NCBI GenBank assembly: GCA_964433785.1
Contig: CAYSTL010000002.1
Coordinates: forward strand, 2,193 to 66,192
DNA from: an uncultured Thermoplasmata archaeon
GTDB lineage: Archaea; Thermoplasmatota; Thermoplasmata; Halarchaeoplasmatales; Halarchaeoplasmataceae
Direction: 5' to 3'
Length of the DNA stretch: 64,000 bases
This document shows, in pieces, positions 40,956 to 48,624 of the stretch. The position numbers and the translations under genes are program-made. Every line of letters starts with the position of its first letter. Positions within the stretch are counted from its first letter, which is position 1. The notes beneath the pieces were generated by a model. That model was not told the DNA's origin. It searched no databases and saw only the letters and a list, made by a program, of their open reading frames with translations.

Positions 40956-42341
40956 ATGAAGGAATATGATCTGATATCGATAGGAACTGGGTCAGGCATG
41001 AGTATCGTAACTCAAGTTCTAAATGATGATCCAAGTAAAGATATCGCTGTTATAGAGAATGAGGCTCCTGGTGGTATATGTTTAACTAGAGGATGTATAC
41101 CCTCAAAGATGTTGCTGTATCCTGCAGAGGTTGTCAATCATATCAAGGATTCGAGTAAATTTGGTATAAACGTAGATATCAAGGATATAGATTTTGAACA
41201 GATAATGGAAAGGATGAGAGATCATGTTATCCCTCAGAGTAACCAGATAGGTAATAATCTTAAACGTAGTGATGATCTAGATTTTTATCAGGATGATGCT
41301 GAATTCATAGATGATTATACTATAAAAGTAGGAAATGATAAGATAAAAGGAGATAAGATCATATTGGGTACTGGTTCACGTGATTTCATACCTCCGATAG
41401 AAAATGTAGATAACGTTGATTACTTAACAAGCAAGACATTCCTGGATATGAAAGAATTACCTGAAAGCATGATGATCGTGGGAGGAGGTTACATAGCAGC
41501 AGAATATGGTTATTTCCTTTCTATGATGGGATCAGATGTAACGATAGTGGGGAGAAATCCGCAGTTCATACCTTCAGAGGAAAAAGAGGTCTCTGATCTA
41601 GCTAAGGAAAAACTGTCTGAATATATGGATATAAAAACTGGTTATGAAGTAAAAAAGGTCGATGAAAGATCGGATAAGAAACTAACTTATGCAGAAAATA
41701 AAGAAGGAGATAAAATAAAGGAAAAATCGGATGAATTGTTGATAGCAGCTGGAAGAAGATCTAACTCAGACATTTTAAGACCAGAAAAGTCAGGGATAGA
41801 AACTACAAAAGGGGGTTGGATAAAGGTTGATGATTATCTAGAAACTTCAAAAGACAATATATGGGCCCTTGGGGATGCTACTGGAAAACATATGTTCAAA
41901 CATGTAGCTAACTATGAAGCTGAATTAGTATATTATAATGGATTCACCGATATGAGAAGGAAGGTTGATTACCATGCTGTTCCTCATGCTGTATTTACAC
42001 ACCCTGAGATAGCATCTGTAGGTATGAAAGAAGAAGAAGCAAGAGAAGATCATGATATATTGATAGGTTACTATGGTTATGAAAACACTGCAAAAGGATC
42101 TGCTATGGAACTAGAGGACTATTTCGTAAAAGTTATAGTAGAACAGGAGAGCTATAAGATCCTAGGTGCTCATATAATCGGTCCACAAGCATCAGTACTC
42201 ATACAGGAGATAATAAATCTGATGTATACAGATGATAAAAGTGCGATACCGATCTTTAGAGGTATGCATATCCATCCATCCTTGAGCGAAGTTGTAGATA
42301 GAGCTTTTTCTAATCTACATTCCCATGAACACAATCATTGA
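40956..42341 (+). CDS. lpdA: Dihydrolipoyl dehydrogenase (glycine cleavage L protein) / pyridine nucleotide-disulfide oxidoreductase
   Basis: 461 aa. Redox-active disulfide 'GGICLTRGCIPSK', FAD and NAD Rossmann motifs, and C-terminal dimerisation 'HIHPSLSEVV'. Adjacent to gcvT. A related flavoprotein disulfide reductase cannot be fully excluded. Confidence 0.65.
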   Translation: MKEYDLISIGTGSGMSIVTQVLNDDPSKDIAVIENEAPGGICLTRGCIPSKMLLYPAEVVNHIKDSSKFGINVDIKDIDFEQIMERMRDHVIPQSNQIGNNLKRSDDLDFYQDDAEFIDDYTIKVGNDKIKGDKIILGTGSRDFIPPIENVDNVDYLTSKTFLDMKELPESMMIVGGGYIAAEYGYFLSMMGSDVTIVGRNPQFIPSEEKEVSDLAKEKLSEYMDIKTGYEVKKVDERSDKKLTYAENKEGDKIKEKSDELLIAAGRRSNSDILRPEKSGIETTKGGWIKVDDYLETSKDNIWALGDATGKHMFKHVANYEAELVYYNGFTDMRRKVDYHAVPHAVFTHPEIASVGMKEEEAREDHDILIGYYGYENTAKGSAMELEDYFVKVIVEQESYKILGAHIIGPQASVLIQEIINLMYTDDKSAIPIFRGMHIHPSLSEVVDRAFSNLHSHEHNH

Positions 42342-42396
42342 AATATTCTATTTACTAAGAAAAAATTTAAGTAAAGTACATCGGTTCAAAGAAACT

Positions 42397-42780
42397 ATGA
42401 GTCTAAAAAGAAAGTATAAAAAGCATCAATTTGTTATCTCACCGATCTTACTGGCGATAAGTGTTATAGGTTTAGTGATAGGTCTATTCGGTACAGTTTT
42501 AAGTGGTAGTGCTCCTGGATTTCTCAGTGAAATAGAAAACACCCTAGGGAATTGGTCTTATTGGATACTCTTGGCTGGTGGTCTTTTTACGATCATATTT
42601 GCTTATGTGATAATAGATCTTTACAGAACATTGAATGAATTTAATGAGTTGTTCAAAACTAACAGCAAGAGTAAGTTCATCAAAAATATAGCTAGGATAG
42701 AAACCCTTGCGTTGAAGTTGGGTCCTAGCTATGAAGATAAAGTTATAGAGAAAGAAGAAGATTATAACATAGACCGGTAG
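42397..42780 (+). CDS. Small membrane protein, hypothetical (2 TM)
   Basis: ATG at 42397 avoids overlap with lpdA. The ORF-track start is 42325. The 31-nt conserved element lies immediately after its stop. Confidence 0.4.
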   Translation: MSLKRKYKKHQFVISPILLAISVIGLVIGLFGTVLSGSAPGFLSEIENTLGNWSYWILLAGGLFTIIFAYVIIDLYRTLNEFNELFKTNSKSKFIKNIARIETLALKLGPSYEDKVIEKEEDYNIDR

Positions 42781-42788
42781 TTGGTCGG

Positions 42789-42819
42789 TTTCCACTTGAA
42801 ATCAAGGGGTCCCCCTCTT
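42789..42819 (+). promoter_or_regulatory. Conserved 31-nt element, copy 2. It lies 8 nt after the stop of 42397..42780 and 11 nt before tRNA-Gly.
   Basis: TTTCCACTTGAAATCAAGGGGTCCCCCTCTT; see copy 1. It contains a small GTTTC-N6-GAAAT hairpin followed by a GGGGTCCCCC tract and a T-rich tail. Confidence 0.55.
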
Positions 42820-42830
42820 TGTTATGTAGA

Positions 42831-42904
42831 GCGACTGTGGTCTAGACTGGTTAAGACTCAAGCTTCCCAAGCTTGCTTCCCGGGTTCAAATCCCGGCAGT
42901 CGCA
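42831..42904 (+). tRNA. tRNA-Gly (anticodon CCC); no encoded CCA
   Basis: Manual fold: 7-bp acceptor stem GCGACTG/CAGTCGC, D-arm GTCT-AGACTGGTTA-AGAC, anticodon stem CAAGC/GCTTG with loop TTCCCAA, T-arm CCGGG-TTCAAAT-CCCGG, discriminator A. 74 nt. Confidence 0.8.
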
Positions 42905-42907
42905 TTA

Positions 42908-44902
42908 TTATTCTAATAATCTTTTAGCTTCTTCAAAATCAGGGTCGATATCTAGTGACTCTTCTATAGATTCCTGCCAGTTATCTTCACCCTTTCTTTT
43001 CAGCACTATCCCTTTATAATACCAGGTTATCGGATTGTTTCTATCTATATCCAATGACTTCTCAAGATTTTCTAAGGCTTCTTCGAGCTTATCCTCCTCT
43101 AACAGACAGAAACTGTAATTGTTTAAATAAACTGGAGTCTCACCATAATTATCTATAGCCCTTTTGAAAGCATTGAGAGCATCTTCAAATCGGTCCATAT
43201 TGTACAATATACATCCTAGGTTATTGAAATAGATAGGATTCTTTATATCAGTAACCTTTTCTAGAAGCTCGATACTCTCTTCATAATTGTTGTTTATAAA
43301 ATGTAAAATACTGAATAGATTATACAGACGGTTTTTATCAGTGATAGCTAGATCACTTTCAATATCCTCAACAGAACTATTTTTTTTAATCAAACATCTG
43401 AATCTCTCTTCTAACACATCTTCTAGTCCCTCATAATTTTCGATCAAATCTTCGAATATATCTATAGCACTATCTAGATCACCCAATTTTTTTAGTGAGA
43501 TCCCTTTCTTTTCTTTTATAGATATGTTACTCACCTTTCCGTTCAATTCGTTGAGAATATTTTTTGAATCTACAAGATCTCCGTTTTGATAATCTACTTC
43601 TTCTAGATTTAAAGATGAGATCGGCTCTTCCCTGTTCTTATCAAAAATATCTTTTGCCTTATCTAGGTTTCCTTCCTCGAAAAATATACATCCCGTTAGT
43701 TCGTTATCTTCATTAACATATTTAATCGCTTCTTTATTTTCGTCCAATCTCCATAGTACTTCTGAAAGTCGTTTTCGTTTTATAGGGTCAAAATGCTCGG
43801 ATAACTTAACATTCTCCCTGATCATCTCATCAGTTTTCTCTATCTTTATCTGCTGTTCTAAAATGTTTTTTAGCCTTTCAGCTTCCTTATGATCTGGATC
43901 GAATTCTAGAACTTTGTTGATTCTTTCCAAGGATCGTTTATAATCGTCCTTTTTGTATAGATATGCAGCGTGTATGTACTGGTATTCAGGGTTGTCTGGT
44001 TCGATTTCTGTAAGTTTTTTAGATACCTCTGTTGTTTTCTTTATCTTACCCTGTTTTTCAAAGATAAGCGCTTTATTCATCAAGGCCTGCACAAATCTAT
44101 CGTCTATCGATAATGCATTGTTTATCGAATTTAGGGCTTCATCTAGCTCTCCCTTTTTCATGTAACACAGCCCGATGTTATTCCACGTTTCAGGTGATTC
44201 AGGTTCTATCTCTAAGAGCCTTTCAAAACAACTGATAGCTTCGTCATAATCTGAGTTCCTGTAGTGGGCATCTCCTTTAGCTTTCCACGCTTCTACATAT
44301 CCGTCATCTATATTCAGTGCTTGTTCTAATGCATCTATTTCGTTCTTGTAGGAATCTATTTCTTTATAGGCCTTCGACAATAGTAACCAACTTTGCTTGA
44401 AATTCTCGTCTTTTTTTATTATTTCTATTATCTTGTCTATCGCTTTCTTGGGTTCTTCTTCGTTCAGTGTTTTCCTTGCTTCATCCATCATGTTACTGAT
44501 TTCGTCCCTCTGGATACTTTCTTCCCTCAGATCTAAATCGTTCAGCAGATGAAATTTATCTAATAATTTATAGAAATTTTCTACACCAGCAACTTCCACA
44601 TTCGAATCTATTCTCTCATTTACTCTCTGGTGTGTGATTATAAAACCTTGGATATTCTCATCTACCATCTCTTCAAGCTTTCTGACTTCCCTCTCGATGT
44701 TCGTTGCTCTTGAGCAGTTGACGACATAGTCTTTCTTTTCATCATCTCTTTCGATTGAAGCTTCTACTTGTATGTCTCCACCGATGGATTTCACAGTAGA
44801 TATCTGAAATCCCATCCTCTCGAGTAGATCTATGCAGAGTCTTTCGAACTTTTCTCTGCTCATCGATTGAATTCTTTTCGAGAGTCGATCTTCTATCTTC
44901 AA
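42908..44902 (-). CDS. Fusion protein: N-terminal Mrr-like restriction-endonuclease-type domain, long acidic coiled-coil/TPR repeat array
   Basis: 664 aa. The N-terminal ~110 aa, 'FERLCIDLLERMGFQISTVKSIGGDIQVEAS...YVVNCSR', resemble the Mrr_cat/restriction endonuclease fold. The rest has many TPR-like 34-aa repeats ('AWKAKGDAHYRNSDYDEAISCFERLLEIEP', 'TWNNIGLCYMKKGELDEALNSINNALSID', ...). The stop is 4 nt from the tRNA-Gly 3' end. Confidence 0.55.
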   Translation of the reverse strand: MKIEDRLSKRIQSMSREKFERLCIDLLERMGFQISTVKSIGGDIQVEASIERDDEKKDYVVNCSRATNIEREVRKLEEMVDENIQGFIITHQRVNERIDSNVEVAGVENFYKLLDKFHLLNDLDLREESIQRDEISNMMDEARKTLNEEEPKKAIDKIIEIIKKDENFKQSWLLLSKAYKEIDSYKNEIDALEQALNIDDGYVEAWKAKGDAHYRNSDYDEAISCFERLLEIEPESPETWNNIGLCYMKKGELDEALNSINNALSIDDRFVQALMNKALIFEKQGKIKKTTEVSKKLTEIEPDNPEYQYIHAAYLYKKDDYKRSLERINKVLEFDPDHKEAERLKNILEQQIKIEKTDEMIRENVKLSEHFDPIKRKRLSEVLWRLDENKEAIKYVNEDNELTGCIFFEEGNLDKAKDIFDKNREEPISSLNLEEVDYQNGDLVDSKNILNELNGKVSNISIKEKKGISLKKLGDLDSAIDIFEDLIENYEGLEDVLEERFRCLIKKNSSVEDIESDLAITDKNRLYNLFSILHFINNNYEESIELLEKVTDIKNPIYFNNLGCILYNMDRFEDALNAFKRAIDNYGETPVYLNNYSFCLLEEDKLEEALENLEKSLDIDRNNPITWYYKGIVLKRKGEDNWQESIEESLDIDPDFEEAKRLLE

Positions 44903-44947
44903 ATATCCACCTTTAATTAAGTAAATATGTTTTTAATATTTTAATTA

Positions 44948-45865
44948 TTACATCGTATTATTTGATTCGTACCTACTCAACAGTGTTTCCCAATCGATCA
45001 AGTTCTTCTGTGGTCCAGAAGTCTCTACTGCAAAACTTGCTCTAGCTGAAGCCAGCATACAAGCATCCTTTAACCCAAATCCTTTGTACAATCCTGCATA
45101 AAAACCAGCTCTGTATGCATCCCCAGCACCCGTAGGTTCTTCTATCTTTTCAGGTTCGAAGGCTGGTATGACGGTTTTTTCTCCTTCATCATACAGAGTA
45201 CTCCCGTTCTTTCCCTTGGTCACTATGAAAGTATCTACATAATCGTAAAGTTCTTCTGGATCTTTAAGATCTAAATATTCTAATGTGAGTGATAATTCTG
45301 TCTCGTTACAGAAAAATAGGTCGCATCTCTCGATAACTGGGGGTAAGTTATCGGAGTCGTAAACATATTTTATCTCCTGTGCAGGATCGAAATATATTTT
45401 CTTCTCTAGATCTTCAGCCAAATCGATAACCTTCTTGTAGTATTCTGGTCTCCCGGTTCCAACATGTATTATCTCTGAATTTTTTATCGTCTGGTCTTGA
45501 AGATCGAACTCATCAGCGTGTTCCATAGCTCCTTGATCGACTACTGCCATCTGATTTTCAGTTTCATCGGTGATTATCCAGACCTTCGTGGTATTGAAAC
45601 CATCCATCTCTTTTAGATCATATATCTGCACGTTAGATTTTGTCAAGGACTCTTTGTAATCTTCTGGAAAATCATCACCTACAAAAGATGCCAATGACAC
45701 CGGTATACCCAGCTCTGAAGCATTTCTAGCGATGTTAGCTCCCGTACCACCATACCTTATCGTTTTTCTATCTAATCCGATAGATGTATTTGGTTCTGGT
45801 AGATTTGGAACTTCTAAGATCACATCGATAGCTGTATGTCCGAATATTCCTACGAAACTTTTCAT
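44948..45865 (-). CDS. PfkB-family carbohydrate/nucleoside kinase (ribokinase-like)
   Basis: 305 aa. N-terminal GG motif 'RYGGTGANIA' and C-terminal 'PTGAGDAYRAGF' (the PfkB signature, DTxGAGD). Confidence 0.75.
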   Translation of the reverse strand: MKSFVGIFGHTAIDVILEVPNLPEPNTSIGLDRKTIRYGGTGANIARNASELGIPVSLASFVGDDFPEDYKESLTKSNVQIYDLKEMDGFNTTKVWIITDETENQMAVVDQGAMEHADEFDLQDQTIKNSEIIHVGTGRPEYYKKVIDLAEDLEKKIYFDPAQEIKYVYDSDNLPPVIERCDLFFCNETELSLTLEYLDLKDPEELYDYVDTFIVTKGKNGSTLYDEGEKTVIPAFEPEKIEEPTGAGDAYRAGFYAGLYKGFGLKDACMLASARASFAVETSGPQKNLIDWETLLSRYESNNTM

Positions 45866-45953
45866 GGAAAATAAATCAATAGAAAAGATAAAAAGGTTTT
45901 TGAGGTATTATCTTCAAAAGTGATGAAATGAGAGTAGGTTTTAAGATAAAAAC

Positions 45954-46262
45954 CTATTCTAATTCAATCTCATCGACTGAAATTTCTTCAACTTCCTCAG
46001 ATTCTTCAACTTCTTCGATCTCTTCAGTTTCTTCGATATCTGCTTCACCGACAACTTCACCAAAGGCCAGTGTGCGTAGTACTCTAGTGATCTCTATCTC
46101 TACTTGGTCCCCGACTTCTGTGTCAGGAACAAAAACAACGAAGTTTTCAACTTTTGCAACTCCGTCTCCTTCCTTCCCTATATCTTCAATTTCAACTTCG
46201 TATCTTTCTCCCTCTTCGACAGGGGGAGAAACTCCAACTTCATTATTCATATACTTTGACAC
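45954..46262 (-). CDS. TRAM-domain protein with a poly-acidic C-terminal tail
   Basis: 'EEGERYEVEIEDIGKEGDGVAKVENFVVFVPDTEVGDQVEIEITRVLRTLAFGEVV' is a TRAM OB-fold pattern. The C-terminal 35 aa are about 70% Glu/Asp. Confidence 0.65.
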   Translation of the reverse strand: MSKYMNNEVGVSPPVEEGERYEVEIEDIGKEGDGVAKVENFVVFVPDTEVGDQVEIEITRVLRTLAFGEVVGEADIEETEEIEEVEESEEVEEISVDEIELE

Positions 46263-46360
46263 CTCTATTTACGAACTTTCTTTTTACGTACATCATAATA
46301 ATGTACGCATGAAAGTCATCAAAAAGGGAATTATTTATCTTTTGCCCTTAAATACAGGTA

Positions 46361-47605
46361 TTATAAGCAGTGCAGTATATCTTTTTCACCTTTTATCACT
46401 TTAGTATCGTAATTTTTCTTTATCTCATCATAGATCTTGACTCCTTTACCATCTGTATAGTCTCTAGATTCTATATCCTGTTCTTCAATAAGGATCACTT
46501 CTTTTCCCTCTTCAGCCGCTTTCTTGATTGCCTGTAGATTCTTTATGTTTCCTTTACCGATGGGGAAACTTGTACCTATAACGATATCTGAGTCCAAGAT
46601 ATATCGGATGTTTTCATCATGGTTATTTACATTTATCGAGGAGAACGGAGCCTCAGTAACAACGTTGATGTCCAAGAAATCAGCTTTTTCCAGGTCAGAG
46701 TCCATAACGTTGAGTACTCCTGCTGAAACATCATATCCTTCCTCAACCAGGAGTTTGAAGAGGTTCCCGATGCTTCCACCACCGCATATGACGTGTACCC
46801 TTTTACCGTTCTGTTCTTTTTCGAGCTTTTCTTCTATAGGAGTGACATAAAGACTACCATCTTTGGGATTTTCATGAACCTCAGCCTCTATTCCATAGAC
46901 AGCCCTTAGATGTGGTTTGGTCAACACTTCTTCAGGTCTTCCTGATGCATGGATTTCTCCTTCATCCAGCAGTATGATCCTATCGCAGTATCTTGCTGCA
47001 AGATTGAGGTTGTGATGTACAGATAGAACGGCGAGGTCTTCTTTTTTATTTTTATCTTTTATTAGATCCATCATCTGGACTTTGTGACCTATATCTAAGT
47101 GAGATGTAGCCTCATCCAGTAAAAGGATATCTGGCTGTTGGGCAAGAGCTCTCGCAACGATAACTCTTTGTAATTCTCCTCCCGATAATTCCTTCACCTT
47201 TCTATCTTTGAACTTGTAAGTGTTCGTTGATATCATAGCATCTTTAGCTATTTTTTTGTCTTCCTTGTCTGGATTTTCGAATCTTCCTAGGTACGGTGTT
47301 CTACCCATGAGCACTATTTCGCACGCTGAGTACGGGAAGCTGATGAAGGTATCCTGTGGAACGACTGCTGATGTCTTTCCGATCTCCTTTCTCGATAGAG
47401 TGTCTAAAGGACGATTTTTTAATCTTATGTCTCCTTCCCAGAGATCTATTATTTTAGTTATAGCCCTTATAAGTGTACTCTTCCCTGAACCATTAGGACC
47501 GATTATGCCTACAAAATCATTTTTTTCCATGGACAAATTTATGTCATTAAGAACAGCTTTTTCCTTGTAACCAGTGGTAAGTTCATTTATTTCTAGTATC
47601 ACCAT
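46361..47605 (-). CDS. ABC transporter ATP-binding protein (FepC/BtuD-like iron-siderophore/cobalamin type) fused to a ~160-aa C-terminal Rossmann-like domain of unknown function
   Basis: Walker A 'GPNGSGKST', ABC signature 'LSGGELQRV', Walker B 'ILLLDEATSHLD'. The extra C-terminal domain 'VHVICGGGSIGNLFKLLVEEGYDVSAGVLNVMDSD...' is not part of a normal ABC ATPase. 414 aa. It overlaps the permease gene by 7 nt. Confidence 0.75.
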   Translation of the reverse strand: MVILEINELTTGYKEKAVLNDINLSMEKNDFVGIIGPNGSGKSTLIRAITKIIDLWEGDIRLKNRPLDTLSRKEIGKTSAVVPQDTFISFPYSACEIVLMGRTPYLGRFENPDKEDKKIAKDAMISTNTYKFKDRKVKELSGGELQRVIVARALAQQPDILLLDEATSHLDIGHKVQMMDLIKDKNKKEDLAVLSVHHNLNLAARYCDRIILLDEGEIHASGRPEEVLTKPHLRAVYGIEAEVHENPKDGSLYVTPIEEKLEKEQNGKRVHVICGGGSIGNLFKLLVEEGYDVSAGVLNVMDSDLEKADFLDINVVTEAPFSSINVNNHDENIRYILDSDIVIGTSFPIGKGNIKNLQAIKKAAEEGKEVILIEEQDIESRDYTDGKGVKIYDEIKKNYDTKVIKGEKDILHCL

Positions 47606-48624
47606 ACCGTCTCACCTCGATTTTTGATCAACAGGTATAGGAAGAAAGGAGCTCCCAGAAGTCCTGTTATAATACCGATCCAGATCTCACCACTGATCCT
47701 TGATATTGTATCGCAAGACACTAGAAATATACCACCTAAAAGACCAGCTAAAGGTATCAATTTTTTATGATCCGGACCGACGAGTAACCTGGATGCATGT
47801 GGGATTATAAGACCGACGAACCCTATGACGCCAGTGAATGATATAACAGTCGCCGCCAGGAGACTAGAGGTGATCAACTGCACTATCTTTGTCTTTTCAA
47901 CGTTTATCCCCAACTGTTTAGCAGATTCTTCCCCGGTCTGTATAACGTTAAGATCCCTCGAGTATGCAAAGACCAGAACGACACCAACTATGGTAAGGGG
48001 GAGTGCTATCATGATCTCATCCCAGTACGTACCGTTCAGAGAACCCCACATCCAGGAGACTATACCCATCCTTTCCATAGGATCGCTTATGAAAAGTACG
48101 TAGCTCGTTAGAGCGGTCATCAAGAAATTCATAGCAAGGCCTGCTAAAAGCAGTGTTGAGATATCGGTTCTGTTCCCAACTCTTCCCAAGAGGAATACGG
48201 TGAATGCCGTTACCATACTGAAGATAAAAGCTAAAAGAGGGAGAAGGAATATGCTGATGTTGAAGAAGATACCCACTGCAGCTCCGAATGCTCCTCCTGC
48301 TGAAACTCCGAGGATGAAGGGTGATGCCATTGGATTCTTGAAAATTCCCTGCATCGAACTCCCAGAAACCGCCAGGGCTAGTCCCGCTAGCACACCTAAT
48401 AATATCCTAGGAAGTCTTATCAGTGTAACTATCGTTGAGTCAGTTCCGGTATAATTGGTAAAATATTTTTCAAGTATAGGTATCTCTGAAAGTATTATTT
48501 TGATCACTTTTGAGAAAGGTATGTTCTCAGAACCTGTAGATGTTGATACCACTAGAACTAGTAGCAGTAAAAATGAGAAGGCTATGACAGCCTTGCCGAA
48601 GTGTTTCTTCAATGGTTGGGCCAT
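47599..48624 (-). CDS. ABC transporter permease, FecCD/BtuC family
   Basis: 341 aa, about 9-10 TM helices, with the FecCD-type 'LLxGAxxS...IIGFVGLIIPH' pattern. Confidence 0.75.
   Translation of the reverse strand: MAQPLKKHFGKAVIAFSFLLLLVLVVSTSTGSENIPFSKVIKIILSEIPILEKYFTNYTGTDSTIVTLIRLPRILLGVLAGLALAVSGSSMQGIFKNPMASPFILGVSAGGAFGAAVGIFFNISIFLLPLLAFIFSMVTAFTVFLLGRVGNRTDISTLLLAGLAMNFLMTALTSYVLFISDPMERMGIVSWMWGSLNGTYWDEIMIALPLTIVGVVLVFAYSRDLNVIQTGEESAKQLGINVEKTKIVQLITSSLLAATVISFTGVIGFVGLIIPHASRLLVGPDHKKLIPLAGLLGGIFLVSCDTISRISGEIWIGIITGLLGAPFFLYLLIKNRGETVW

Noticed and set aside
45928-46404. 158-aa plus-strand ORF rich in Ser/Thr
   Set aside because: Antisense to the TRAM-domain gene, whose acidic GAA/GAG-rich tail reads as TTC/CTC (Ser/Phe/Leu) on the other strand. 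It is a shadow ORF.
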